Positions 13,827 to 25,707 of a stretch of DNA of 64,000 bases are shown here, one piece after another. The stretch comes from Phoronis australis (Eukaryota > Animalia > Phoronida), in NCBI GenBank assembly GCA_002633005.1, contig NMRA01000019.1:1681261-1745260 (forward strand), written 5' to 3'. The notes under the pieces were generated by a model. That model saw nothing but the letters and a program-made list of their open reading frames with translations. It was not told where the DNA came from and searched no databases. Within the stretch, counting starts at the first letter, position 1, and each line of letters begins with the position of its first letter. A program made the translations under genes and the position numbers.

Positions 13827-13934
13827 TAACTGTGATTCCACGTGTATTTTGTTCGGTTGTCCTCTTTGATTGTGTCTGCAGTATCTGATTGTGTTTGGTC
13901 AGCGAAGTTTTCTCCGCTTTCTCGGGGGGAGTAA

Positions 13935-14691
13935 TGTTACTGCAGACGCAATCATTCATATTGCCTGTGTATATTAGGTATTGTTCCTGTTGTACTCATT
14001 TTCAAGTACCCCCCAGATTGTGAACTTGTCACGTGGTACTGACATTTAAAAGCGTTTTACCCGCCAGTTCCATTCATTCGTATTTCGTATCTGTGTGCAG
14101 TGTATGCATCTCATTGGTTTCGTCGTCGAGATTGCAGGGTTTTCATGATGTAAGTAGTGTTCTTTTGCTTATCGTTATATTCTGGTTTGTGCAATGCATT
14201 CTCTCGTGTCCCGTGTAGTTTCAGTATTTTCGCTTTATTTACTTTGCCGTATTTCGTCCTTCGTGGTTCGTGTCGAGGGTTTGGGCGTTGTTCGCTGCGA
14301 CCTTGAGATTGCAATTCACAAACCAGTCTGTTTCTAGCTCATATTATTGTAAAAGTTTAGCGTGACTTGATATCTAGTTTGCGTCACGGTCTCACGGCAG
14401 AATTGTGTATGAATTAGGTTCGTTTTTGTATATAGTATTTTCATATAAGATTCAGTTTATCTGATGTAGCCATTTCGTTACTTGTACATTTTCTTCGTTG
14501 ATGTAAATAACGGTTTTGTATATATTGTCACTACCTGTGCTTGTATTATATTTCGTAGTAGTGACTCAGGGTTTTGTTTATTTCAATTTACGGGTTTGTC
14601 TATGTACTGACGGCACACGAATAAAAGAATTAGGCTGTACTTAGAATCACCTGTGTTTCTCTCGATTGTTCGCTGACACTGCGCCAGAACA
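13935..14691 (+). repeat. 3' LTR of the BEL/Pao element (757 bp)
   Basis: TG...CA termini, preceded by the polypurine tract at 13924-13934; AATAAA at about 14620. Confidence 0.92.
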
Positions 14692-15056
14692 GTGACCTTT
14701 GAAGAAAAGCCGAGCTATTTTTTTCACATAATGCTTACACTCAAAAGTAATTGAAAATTTAAACAAAATAGAAATAAAGTGAATCTATAAATTAAGGTTT
14801 AGCAACTATTATAGCTTACTACACATTTTATCACGCTAAGCTTCGACCGGGAAAATATCGTCTGCTAAAGTAGGTTACCACTAGTAACTGACTATAATGC
14901 TCAAGTCAAAGGATCCCGACGACACGATACCCGCATTCAAATTGGAGATCGGTGATTTACAAGTGAGAGAACAGGAGACAAAATTTCACTTAATTAAAAT
15001 TTCATTTTTATGGAAATTATGCGTCTTATTTTCAAAGCGTGTATTTGTCGGTGCAA
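14692..15056 (-). repeat. Dispersed repeat (non-autonomous DNA element), inverted copy of 63061-63427
   Basis: gtgaccttt.aagaaaagcc.agctattttt...cacattttatcacgctaagcttcgaccg...ggtgcaa matches the reverse complement of 63061-63427. Confidence 0.85.
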
Positions 15057-15599
15057 TCACAGGCGTCCTCAGCTTCTGCTCGTCCCCAATACACTACATG
15101 AAATACTACAAGGTATGACACTCCCGACAAGAAATTCCACGGGTGCTTCACTTCAGCCCTCCATAGCTAACATAAAACTCAATAAAATTACACAAAACAA
15201 GGTTTCAACAAACCATTGTCAATTGTTCTTTCTTTCAATTCCATTCACGGTGTCCTGTTCCGGCGACTTCATAAGAAATTTGCAGTCAAGGAACAAAAAT
15301 GTTCACAAAAAGCCCACACACTCTTTTATCTTGGACCGCTCGAGGTCAAGGACGGTACGGAAATTACCAATGAATTACGGATGGACGGCGTTATCGACAT
15401 CGTGACTTTACAAACCGGCAATTTCCGTACTGGATGTGTTAACTTCGGTCGTCGTTTGCTATTGTTTACAAGTCAGTCAACATGCCACACATTGTATTCC
15501 AAGAAAGAGAGTGAGGATGTGAGTTTCTGTGGTCTATTTAACCCTCCAAAGAATAAAACGTTAACAGTACAGTAATCCATTTTAATGGAAAATGAAACT

Positions 15600-17262
15600 C
15601 ATGAAGTTTTAAAAGCAAAGCAGGTAAAGAAGGACTTTAAGTCTTGAAGCGGTTGGCGCCATAGCTGGTCTTACTTTAAACAAGTAAACATGCGAGGGAA
15701 TGTATTTTGGCCATTGTCCTGCTGCGCAAAATTTGAATGATATTATTAGCCATATAAAAACATCCTGTGCCTGGGTATATATTTTGGTAGTTAAGAAAAG
15801 GTTCGAAAAGGGAGACCGTTGAAGAAAAAAAATAGTAAAACTCAAGGAAACCCACGATATTTTGAAATCAAGAAAACTAGTTACAAAAAGGTAGAATATT
15901 TAACTAAAACAATGGGTTTAATAAAGCTCAACCATGTGATATCTGTCCTTGTCCTGCCAAATGACTTTGCAAAAAATAAATAAGGGACATATGGGCAGGG
16001 GAAATCTCCAAAGGTAAAAAGGGTTACCATGGTATTATCTTAGGACGGTGAATTAAGAGTTATATTTATTAATTTGGTGAAGGAATGCCTTTCAGCGGAC
16101 TGGATTATGAAACTCCAGTATCCCGAGCAAGGGACTTGGACCTTTTTTTCCTACAAACGTTCTTGGAAATTTTGGAGGAGACTTGATATGGTCATGCAAT
16201 TTTGAAGTTAACAAGCTGAAAACAGCGATATAATATAACTTTTATAAGGAAGGTAACTGTGATAGCGCACAGCTGAACAAACCTTTTTAAAAATGTACCA
16301 TAGAGGATCATTTTATTGTGCAAAATGGAGAACTAATATAAATAGCAAATCTTCGTTTAATGAAGATGTTTATCGCTGTGGATTATTATTTGCTTCCTAG
16401 ACGATGAAAAAACAACTATCTTGGGAGGTGCTCAAGTTGAGAAATAAATGGTATGTTTGACATTTAAATACAATACTATCGTTTAGATTTTAATCCAAAA
16501 AATTGACAGGAGCAAACTTAAACTAATAGGGTATATCAATAATATTTATGTGCATTTCAAAAAAGTATATATTAAAAACCCATTTGCAAAACTGGTGCGA
16601 TAAATTTGATAATTACTATTACATGTTACACCTTTTTCGAGAACAAAAAAACAAAATATTTCTTCCATGAATTTTGCATTTTCCACAGATCATGTTATTA
16701 AAGTGTATTGTTACATAATAGAGTTATAATAATTATGTTGTTCAAGATGAAGTGTGTTACTTTCGATACGTGTCCTTGTTGTAATTTGGTGCAAAGTACA
16801 GCATATGTGATTTATCATTGCAAAGATGTTCAATATTTATTGCCTCATATCAAACCAATTTGATCAAGTGTCTTAAACGAATATATTCTTTTAAGTAAAA
16901 CAGATCTGATGTTTTGCTACAGTTTATAAGGTCTCCCAATACTTATTCTATGACTAACTGTTTCATAACTATAGCTCTCTGTTTCATATATTATGTACTC
17001 GCACTCAACAACAATTAGCATTAAACATCTTTGCCTTTAAACAATTTACCTCAAAGTCATAATCCCTGTTGTTATAAAATTGAAAAACACAAAGTAAACC
17101 TGACTTATAAATTTGGGAAAGCCTGTACACCATGTTATTGTTATCAACTGCTTTTGAAAATATGACGAGAATAGTCAGGAGTAATTGTCTGGGTGAATGG
17201 TCCTTTCTCCCTTACTTTCTGTACTCAAACACAAAAACACTTGAACAAGAAAAAAAATAAAT
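15600..17262 (+). mobile_element. Decayed Tx1/L1-clade LINE, 3' part of ORF2
   Basis: Remnant motifs AGLTLNK..CEG (about 15660), a GG linker, a C-terminal CPCC..H..YHC knuckle (about 16770-16822) and an A-rich tail at about 17250. Heavily mutated. Confidence 0.6.
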
Positions 17263-17577
17263 AACTCTTGAACTTCAAATTTGGAAATACAATTCCATTA
17301 GGTCCCCTTGCGAAAGTAGTATAGAATCCTTACTACTTTAATTCATGTTAAAATAGTGGCTAATTCTCCACGGAACCGGAACAAAGTTTTTCTCAATATG
17401 AGCGTCTGAAACGAGGTAAAGTACAGCACACCATTCTTTTTAGCGTAATCTCTTAGTCATTAATTCTCATGCTCATGACAAATCGAACTGTGGAATACAG
17501 GTCCCCTAAGATACGACAAGCTCTCAGGGTCTGGGAGAATTCTTTTACATGTGCTTATGTTGACAAGAATGATTTAC

Positions 17578-17781
17578 CTGGAACATCAGCAGCCACCTCC
17601 TTAACCACGTGGTAATTAGTCATAAGGTAGCGCGTTCCAACGCGGAACCCTGTGCCACACAAATCATTAGACCACGTTATCCTTGCTACAGATGAGAATG
17701 CACTAGTTAATTTGTCCAAGAAGTACTTGGAAATGTCATCCCTGCACGTGTCACGAGCCAACATCAACTCTAGGGGTGCCC
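17578..17781 (-). CDS. Host exon: N-terminal part of a FAM111-like trypsin-fold serine protease domain (catalytic His)
   Basis: Acceptor ttgtAG, donor CAG|GTAAAT, 204 bp, phase 1-1. Reads GAPLELMLARDTCRDDISKYFLDKLTSAFSSVARITWSNDLCGTGFRVGTRYLMTNYHVVKEVAADVP; 'SV.RI...GTGF.VG..Y.MTN.HVV' is the trypsin-2/FAM111-type His motif. Confidence 0.85.
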
Positions 17782-18119
17782 CTACAAATATAAGTACTCA
17801 TTTCAAACTGACTACCCCTTTTTGTCATAACTACTATCAACACTGGCTGTAATATTTTTACTAATAAAACTGCTACCATCATCACCGCCACCAGGGGTGT
17901 AACCATTAATTTTTGGAGGTGTCAAGTAAATTTTGTCCAAAATATTGATGTCCTATTGGCAAACAGACCGTGGGAGTGCAAGAAGATGTGATTGTTTAAA
18001 AGACAAAGCAATTCTACTGTACGCTTGAATAAAAGTGAAACTTCATGATGACACGGTTGCCGAAATATTATCACAGCCATTATAGTTAAACTTTTGTTTT
18101 TCTTGTTTCATAATTTACG

Positions 18120-19960
18120 CCTATGTGAAAATGAATTCAACTGGGTGGAAATGTTTTCATTGTCAGTTTTTAAAAGCTTTATCTAAAAGTAATATCCATC
18201 AGGTTGGAAATTATTTTGACCAACATGAAAATAGTTTGCACCCGGGTAGAAACTATTTTAACCTATGTGTAAATTACTCATACCCGGCTAGAAATTGCAG
18301 CCCGGGCCGATATTTAATTTATCTGGGCACCTATTTTCATATTTGTTATGCTTGGACTAATTGTTTTTAGGAGAAGGTCAACTGTGCCAGCCCTTTCTAT
18401 CAACACATCTGCGATTAAATTGCAGCGTAGGCGCCTTCTCTACTTTTTGGAGATTTAAACAGAGACAATTTGGCTGTGCATTACTTTCATCTGGGGTTCA
18501 AGTACAGGGAAACATATGAAATATTGTGTTTTTGTCACGATTAAAATCTTAACCGTGTTCAGTTGAAACGAGGTTTAGATAGACTTGGCCGAGGGTGGAG
18601 GCACTCAGAGACTAACTCAAAGAATCATCTGAAAGGGTCATTACTTGGTAGCTGCAAACACCAATCTTTCAGAAGGTGCACCAAGTCATCGGTAATTGCG
18701 AAATTGCGTGAGTGGTGTTAAGCGCCTAGACGCAGGAGGTGTCGAACTAAGAAGACAAAGACGTCTCCAAAGAAGGCAATATTGTACCAGAGGTCCGAAT
18801 GAACTCTGGCATGTCAGCCGATGGGATGAACTGAAGCAGTTTGATTTCTATAATTGCGTTGGAATTGTCAGCTTTTCACGCAGTATTTTATTAATGGAGA
18901 TAGCCTTCACAAGCAACGACCCATCAGTAGTTTGCTAATATTTTTCACATTCAATTGGCAGCTTTTCGAATGTGGCGAGAGCAAATTGTTGATCTGAAAA
19001 AACAAGCACTGCGCAAATGCAGTCTTTAAGCAATGTGAACAATGACGCAAGCGCTACAATTCAGACATAATGCTTTCATATGGACGCTCCATAACCAAGC
19101 AGCGAAATGAATTTTGGTGGAATAAGCTCTGTACAACATGGATTTATAATTTCAAGAAATTGGGAATTGCTGGAGTACTTGCCCGTCAAATACCCTACAT
19201 AAACACTGCTGTAGTTTTTTATTTTACATCTGCTTGGAGCTGAGTTAGACGAAATCAGTGTGTTCTGGAAACTCGATCGTCAAGATTCAATTTTTGGCCG
19301 TCTGTAAGACTTGGTGTTTCATATTTTTGCCGTAAACTACTGGAGGAGTAAACTTCATGAATGGAACCAACAACGCTGAACTAGACGCCATTTCTAACCT
19401 AGTGACATTCGACCAATGTGTTTTAGGAGCCCCGATTAAGAGAAATTATTCCAAATTCTGATGAGGGAAGGGAATCGACCAACGCTCAAATTTATGAACA
19501 AGTCTGACAACACCTTAGTTTTCTTATTGGATAAGGTCAATCCATTTCAAAGAATTCGGGTGTCAAGTTTTTCAACCTCATGAAGTATGTGTATGGTGAG
19601 AACAGGTTTGTACCTGGGTTGAAAAATTTTCCACCAGGGTGGAAAATACATCAACATACTAGGTGGAATATGTTATCACTGATTTCACATCCTTGTGCCT
19701 GGGTGGAAATATATCCCACCAAGGTGGAATTTTTTTCCACATTGTTTGAAATTATTTACACCAGCATCGAAAATATTTCCACCTCGGCCAATCCATTCTT
19801 ACCTAGGTGTAAACTCTTCCCATCTTGGTAGAAACTTTTTCACACTAGGATTGAAATTATTTCCAACCGGATACAATCTATTTACTTCAGACAGGAAACA
19901 AATTTTCATGACAGATTCATTCTCACTTATGTATGAATTATTTACACCTAGGTGAACAAG
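18120..19960 (+). mobile_element. Decayed IS3EU-like DDE transposon with subterminal palindromic repeat arrays
   Basis: ORF 18696-18938 LDAGGVELRRQRRLQRRQYCTRGPNELWHV..WDELKQF......SFSRSILLMEIAFTSNDP resembles the 'GPN..WHIDG.DKL..GF..HG.IDG.SR....N.P' eukaryotic IS3-like integrase core. Flanked by repeats of about 21 bp. Confidence 0.65.
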
Positions 19961-20450
19961 GTAAATGTAAACATTCGTTTAACTAAAACACCGATGATAT
20001 TTTTACCGCGGTTTAAATAATTCATCTCCGAATCATTTATCATTTCATGAGGAAAATTTCAACGACATTTGGATAACGAGAGTTTTTTAATACCTGAAAC
20101 GGAAACAAATTTGAGTTTCAATACACGACTTTTCCATTACAATTTCACAAACGTTCGAATCAATGCTTGGAAAAGTATTGCAATTCAACAGCATGATAAC
20201 TAAGGGTACGTCTTATTACTAAGGGTACGTCTTAATTAAATGGATACTGAAGCCAGTTTTGGCTCATTAACAAACACTAAAATTGACTTTTCTGTCCAGT
20301 TCTCTCAATACAAATAACGCTGTGCAGCCTGGACAACCCAAAACAGTTTGTAGGGAAATTTAAAAACTCCTTCCAACGTCTGCTAAATGGTGAAGTGTAA
20401 CTTATGCTTTTAGACGAATTACACGGCAACTGAGGGAAAAGACCACCTAC

Positions 20451-20505
20451 CAATGACCATATTGTCCAATCTGTGACATAAGGAATTTAACTCTTGCGTT
20501 GATTC
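20451..20505 (-). CDS. Candidate linker exon of the ZU5/protease gene
   Basis: ttcAG|GAATCA...ATTG|GTAGGT, 55 bp, phase 0-1, open (ESTQELNSLCHRLDNMVI); phase matches exon 17781. Confidence 0.55.
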
Positions 20506-20932
20506 CTGAATTTAATTTGGAAGGTGAACGCCAGTGATGCATGAGCAGGTGCCATAACGAGGATTAGTTGGAATTATCAAAACAGGGTAAATTGTTCTTT
20601 TAACAAACGTAAAAACTCCTGGGCCCTAGGTCTAATTCGAGTACTCGCTATCAAACATAGAATTATAGTGTACGAACTCCAGAAAACTGTCGGTTATTCT
20701 GTACTCGAGTCAAGTACATTCTGGTTTATGTAGATGACTCATTCATACTACAATATTATGCAGTTGAAGGCCCATGCATTAAAACAAGAGGTTCGAGTCT
20801 AAGCTCGAAATTCTAGGCTTTGACAAGAACCCTTCTTCTGGAGTCTGTACCTCGTGCAAGGTACAAAGTTGGATTAGACACGAGAATGCAAAAACCATAA
20901 CACGCTCAAGGTAAGAATATCAAACATTGAAC

Positions 20933-21006
20933 CTGAGTTCCTCTGATGTAGAACGGAAAGTCAAAAATAGTTTCTAGGTCCACTTCGACAGAATAGTGCC
21001 CGGACA
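20933..21006 (-). CDS. Candidate linker exon
   Basis: tttcAG|TGTCCG...CAG|GTTCAA, 74 bp, phase 1-0, open (LSGHYSVEVDLETIFDFPFYIRGTQ); donor is weak. Confidence 0.4.
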
Positions 21007-21168
21007 CTGAAATTATGAAATGTGTCAAATGTTTTAGTTACCCAGTTGAACAAAATAATCCAGTCTTTCGTTGCTTATTGTTGGGCACTGAAAGTCACTT
21101 TTATAAACGTATTAAAGTTCACAACTATGGTATGTTTTATGAAAACTCAAAGCTAGTGGTATACGCAC

Positions 21169-21217
21169 ATGCATCCCTGCCATGATTATCCAAATTAGAA
21201 GATGTCACACCAAGAAT
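21169..21217 (-). CDS. Candidate linker exon
   Basis: ttttttcAG|ATTCTT...GCAT|GTGCGT, 49 bp, phase 0-1, open (ILGVTSSNLDNHGRDA). Confidence 0.45.
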
Positions 21218-21540
21218 CTGAAAAAACAGGGGTGATTCAATGACATGAATAAAGCACCAGAATAGAAAACAGAATGTGATTCTGGAGACAAATTTGTTGC
21301 TGATTCAACATTTTATTGGTCAAGAGTAGGTAGCGCACTTACTAATTTAAGAAATACATATAGATAAAGTTAAAAATGTTTCAAGTATTGAATATCCCGA
21401 AGACAAAATCTGGCTACTTCGGATCATTGCATTTCAAAAAATGATCGACCATATTTTAATTTTGAGACAATATGATACACGTACAGCTCTCGAAAACCAC
21501 TTGAAAGACTATTTTGAACGGTAACACCGGTACATGTAAA

Positions 21541-22712
21541 TGTCACCACGAGAATCACCGTTTCATTCAAACAGCTGCGAGTAACACATGTAGCAAGCCT
21601 AGTAACGACAACTATTCAAACAACACAACTAGTTTAATCAAAACATACACCAATCGGATAGCTTAATCAATACCTTATAACACAATACATGTAGATGACG
21701 CTTCACGACATCTACCGCTTAAAGAAAGACTTCTTTCTACACACTAAATCTAAGAGGAATGTGAAATATCTACTACATGTAGACTAGAGTCCGTATAAAT
21801 ACTATGTTAAGTCTTTTAAACACTATAACTAGGGTCATTCAACACTTTTCGGTGTATCTCCGGGCCTTACGCTCCTGTCGACTACTTCTCCTAAATATGG
21901 GCGTACTATCACTGGAACTATCAAAAGTTTTGACTGAAGGTTGGCAACTTAGCAGTTTTTGGCTCTACTACACTCAGTGGCATCTCTGGTGGTAACTTCT
22001 TAACGAAGGATGTATTTCGATCAATAGTACAACTATATGTGCCCACAAGTAAAGAACGAGGCTCGTGAGTTCCAACAAATTGACCATCATCTGACGAATC
22101 AGGAATATGTACGCGAGACCCTACATCAATGTCCTCTGGTTCAGTAACCTTGTGCCTACGGTTGTAGTCATTCGATATCTTACAAACGGTATTCAGTCTT
22201 TTGTCTACTGATAGACAGTGTCGGTATCCGGAATGGATGGTTGTAGAAGATCGGGTATGACATGCAACTCTGGTTCTCAAACTTTTCCCCATACTCAGTA
22301 AATTGCCTTGGCGAAAACCCATTATGGAGCGGGGTAATTCTGTATGTCATTAGAGCAAGATATTCACCATTGCATTTTTGCAACATATCCTTGATGGTTT
22401 GAACTGTACGCTCAGCCTCCCCATTGGATTGTGGGTATTTCAGCGACGAATTGACATTTTCGAAACCTCATAACCTGACAGTCTTTAAAGTCTGCGGACG
22501 CAAATTGAATACCATTGTCGGAAAAGAGTATGTCAGGGATGCCATGACGACTGAAGACTTAATTCAGCTTCTTAATAGTCTCTGAAGTATCCACACTGCT
22601 CATCATAAGGACAACCTCAATGTCTCTGGAGTAGTAGTCTACCGCGAGACGGTAGACTTTTTGTTTGTACTGAAAGGAATGTACGCTAACGCGTGAGCAC
22701 GGTCGATCTTCA
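21541..22712 (-). mobile_element. Decayed Ty3/Gypsy integrase region and putative 3' LTR (21541-21710)
   Basis: Minus-strand remnants VDYYSRDIEV, FSRHGIPDILFSDNG.QF, YPQSNGEAERTVQTIK, LALMTYRITPLHNGFSP. A short TG...CA segment follows a purine-rich run. Confidence 0.8.
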
Positions 22713-24250
22713 AGGCTTTTCTTGCAATGAAAGCGATGACACGAGTAATATGACAGATACTGGTGTTTTTCATATCACTCGTGTCATCCCTTTCATTGCA
22801 AGAAAAGCCTTCCGTATGGCCTTGCCCTAAGAATTCGACGCATTTGTTCAGAAGAAACTTCCTTTAATAACCGTTTAAAAGAACTCAAGTACTATCTAAT
22901 TCAACGTCATTTCCCCTTACATCTTATACACAAACAGTTTGACCAAGTCCGCTCAATTACACGAAATGAATCTTTAAGAACTAAAACTAAAGCAAATACT
23001 ACTAATAGAATACCATTCATAACTATGTTCAATCCATGTTTAAACGGAATTAGCCACGTCTACAAAAAACATCTTTCTACCTCTGCATATTTCCCCTCAA
23101 ATGAAAAACCTACCTCCTCATCCACCTATAACTTCTTGGAGAAAGCTAATGTCGACAATACACACCAAACTGACAAACCTATTGACAACACACAATGTAA
23201 CAAAACTAGATGTAAAATGTGTAACTTCATCAACGATAGCACTTTTTTCCAGTCTTCCCAAACCAATGAAAACTTTGAAAGAAAACATTATTCTGATTGC
23301 ACCACCAACAATATTATTTACCATATAACTTGTAAAAAATGTTCTATCCAATACGTAGGACAAGCTCAACATAATCTACAAACTTGGTTTCGTAATCATA
23401 GATTTAAAATAATACATAAAAACATTTCTGATACTATAGGTAATCACTTCAATTCCAAAAACCATAATATTCAAGATCTTTCTGTACAAATAATAAAAAA
23501 CTCCAACACCCCAGTACCCCTCACAGACTCAAAAGAGAACAATATTGGATAGACAAACTTAATACAATAGAACATCATAGATTGAACATAAAAACTTCTT
23601 AAAATACGTCATGTCATTGAATTTTTTACGCAAAAATGTATCATTTACATTACACCATATCTTATATGTCAATTTTCATTTTGTGTTTGATTTTACTTTA
23701 TTTCTGTTTTTGTTGACAAAGGAACTTATTACATCCGAAAATTTCAAATTTCAGTTGATCCATTCTTTTTGTTTTATTCACCGATTTATATTCTTCATTT
23801 CATGAAACAATAGTATCCTTGGGAGGATCTCGATCGCCTTATTTAGTTTCAGATATATTTTCTACGTTATTTGTCATTGTTAAACAACGTAGAAAATAAA
23901 TCTGAAACTAAATAAGGCGATCCAGATCCTCCCAAGGATACTATTGTTTTACGGAATGTAGAATATAAATAGGTAAACAAAACAAGAAGAATGGATCAAC
24001 TGAAATTTCCGGATGTAATAATGTCCTTTGTCAACAGAAACAGAAACAGAAATAAAAATTTAATGAACGTAAAAACTTCTTAAATTACATCATTGAATGT
24101 TTTACGCAAAAATGTATCATATTAATTACACCATATCTTAAATTTCAATTGTCATACAGTGTTTAATTTTACTTTATTTCTGTTTCTGTTGACAAAGGAC
24201 GTTATTACATCCGAAAATATCAGTTGATCCATTCCTTATATTCTATATTT
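22713..24250 (+). mobile_element. Penelope-like retroelement, 5'-truncated (RT thumb plus GIY-YIG endonuclease, pLTRs)
   Basis: From about 22772: YHSCHPFHCKKSLPYGLALRIRRICS...RIPFITMFNP; CNKTRCKMC; CTTNNIIYHITCKKCSIQYVGQ....R.H; HFNSKNH. A short 5' inversion and direct plus inverted 3' repeats are present. Confidence 0.9.
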
Positions 24251-24257
24251 GATTCTT

Positions 24258-24715
24258 GGAAAAGGCGGAGAGTTGCGCAAGAAAATGACATTCATTGCAT
24301 GGTTTTTCACTTAAACAGCTGTAACAGGCAAAGTGAGTGTCGATTGATTCCCAGATTTTGCATGCACCCAGTCCGGACTTTAGCTTTACATGCAGATACA
24401 AGTTTCACGGTGAGGTGACGAACAGAACTACCCTGGCTGTGCGCAGTTTCGGTGTCTACGGAAGAAATACACACAGTGGTACCTGGCTGTATTTTGACGA
24501 CATCCTTCATACAGCTAGATCTCGAACTTGCATACAACCAGGATAGTTCTGCTCATCACCTCGCCGTGAAACTTGTATCAACATGTAAAGCTAAAGACCG
24601 GACGGGGTGCATGCAAAATCTGGGAATAAACCGAAACTCATCCTGCCCGTTAAAGCCGTTTAAGTGAAAAACAATGCGATGAACGTCATTTTCTTGCGTA
24701 ACTCGCGGCTTTTTC
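24258..24715. repeat. Fold-back inverted repeat (arms of about 180 bp, 24258-24440 and 24534-24715)
   Basis: For example cccagattttgcatgcaccc pairs with gggtgcatgcaaaatctggg, and gatacaagtttcacgg with ccgtgaaacttgtatc. Confidence 0.85.
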
Positions 24716-25250
24716 AAACAATGAAAAGGATGCCGTCGTTTTGAAAACAGTACGCTCGTGTCACGCGCACACGCCATTTCCTAATTTTCTGCCACATCTT
24801 TCGTGAGATGATGATAGCTTGGCAGCAGCAAAATTTCTTCTGAAATTCTGTATCAAAATTCTAAAAACTTATAATGAAGTAAAACCAGTTCCAATAATTT
24901 GTCATGACGTGTACGCAACCTCGTGAAAGAAGGACAGTTGATTGAAGAATCGGCAAAAAAGACACCGGACAATAGGTGACGCAATATTTCATAGCGCCGA
25001 AAGCCGTCGCTAAAGATCACTCCAAAACTTTAGAGGCAGAATAACGGTAAACCGCCATTTTTCCAACACCGTTAAATAATTTAGTTTACTCAGGGAAAAC
25101 TGTAGTTTACAATGGCACTAATTTTTTGTGTCAGATTTTATCTTACCACTTTTTTACCCACATCGGTACAAAGCTGTATATTTAGTATAGGGCTTTGTTC
25201 CAAGGCTAAGTGGTACCTAGCTGTATTTTGACGATAGTCTTCATACAGCT

Positions 25251-25540
25251 TGCTAGCTGGCGAGTTCACAGTCATAGTTCTTGAGTGGTCCAATTAGATC
25301 ACAGGTGTGCCATTCATGTATGACATAATGGATAACAGTTTTGAGCTGATCGTCTGTCTTTAGCTGGACCCTGATCTCGTCGAGACGGTGATCTGATGCA
25401 GGTACACGGAGTGCTACGCTACGTTCATAGCATTCTCTTTCTTTACCGACCTCTGACTCGTCGATCGCTGGTGAGTTTGGAATATCACAGGCGGAATATG
25501 TTCTGGACAACCTATCAGCTGCACACAGTTGTGTATGCCA
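25251..25540 (-). mobile_element. Gypsy pol fragment (RNase H end and linker), probable continuation of 21541-22712
   Basis: SR....SDHRLDEIRVQLKTDDQLKTVIHYVIHEW matches the 'L..I...T..D..L..V..Y...GW' Gypsy linker. Confidence 0.6.
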
Positions 25541-25707
25541 ACTTCAATTCTTATATTACATTTGTCATTTCTGATGTGTGTGTGACTTTGAACTAGTTGT
25601 TAATAGTAACATAAAGATGAGATATGTTTCCCGTAATATCGCTTTTTAAATTATGTTCCCTACTGATGACGTTTGGATTTTTTGCACTGTTGTGATGTTA
25701 AGACAAG

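Larger units (their letters stand above)
6992..14691 (+). mobile_element. BEL/Pao LTR retrotransposon, near full length
   Basis: Two LTRs start TGTTACTGCAGACG (6992 and 13935) and differ at only about 7 positions over the 420 bp visible. The 3' LTR ends ...CCAGAACA (14691). A polypurine tract GGGGGGAGTAA lies before the 3' LTR. Gag-PR-RT-RH-IN motifs are in BEL order. Confidence 0.97.

Noticed and set aside
19610-19955. Regularly spaced palindromic repeats resembling a CRISPR array
   Set aside because: Units are degenerate and abutting, with no unique spacers, no cas genes and a eukaryotic context; better explained as transposon subterminal repeats.
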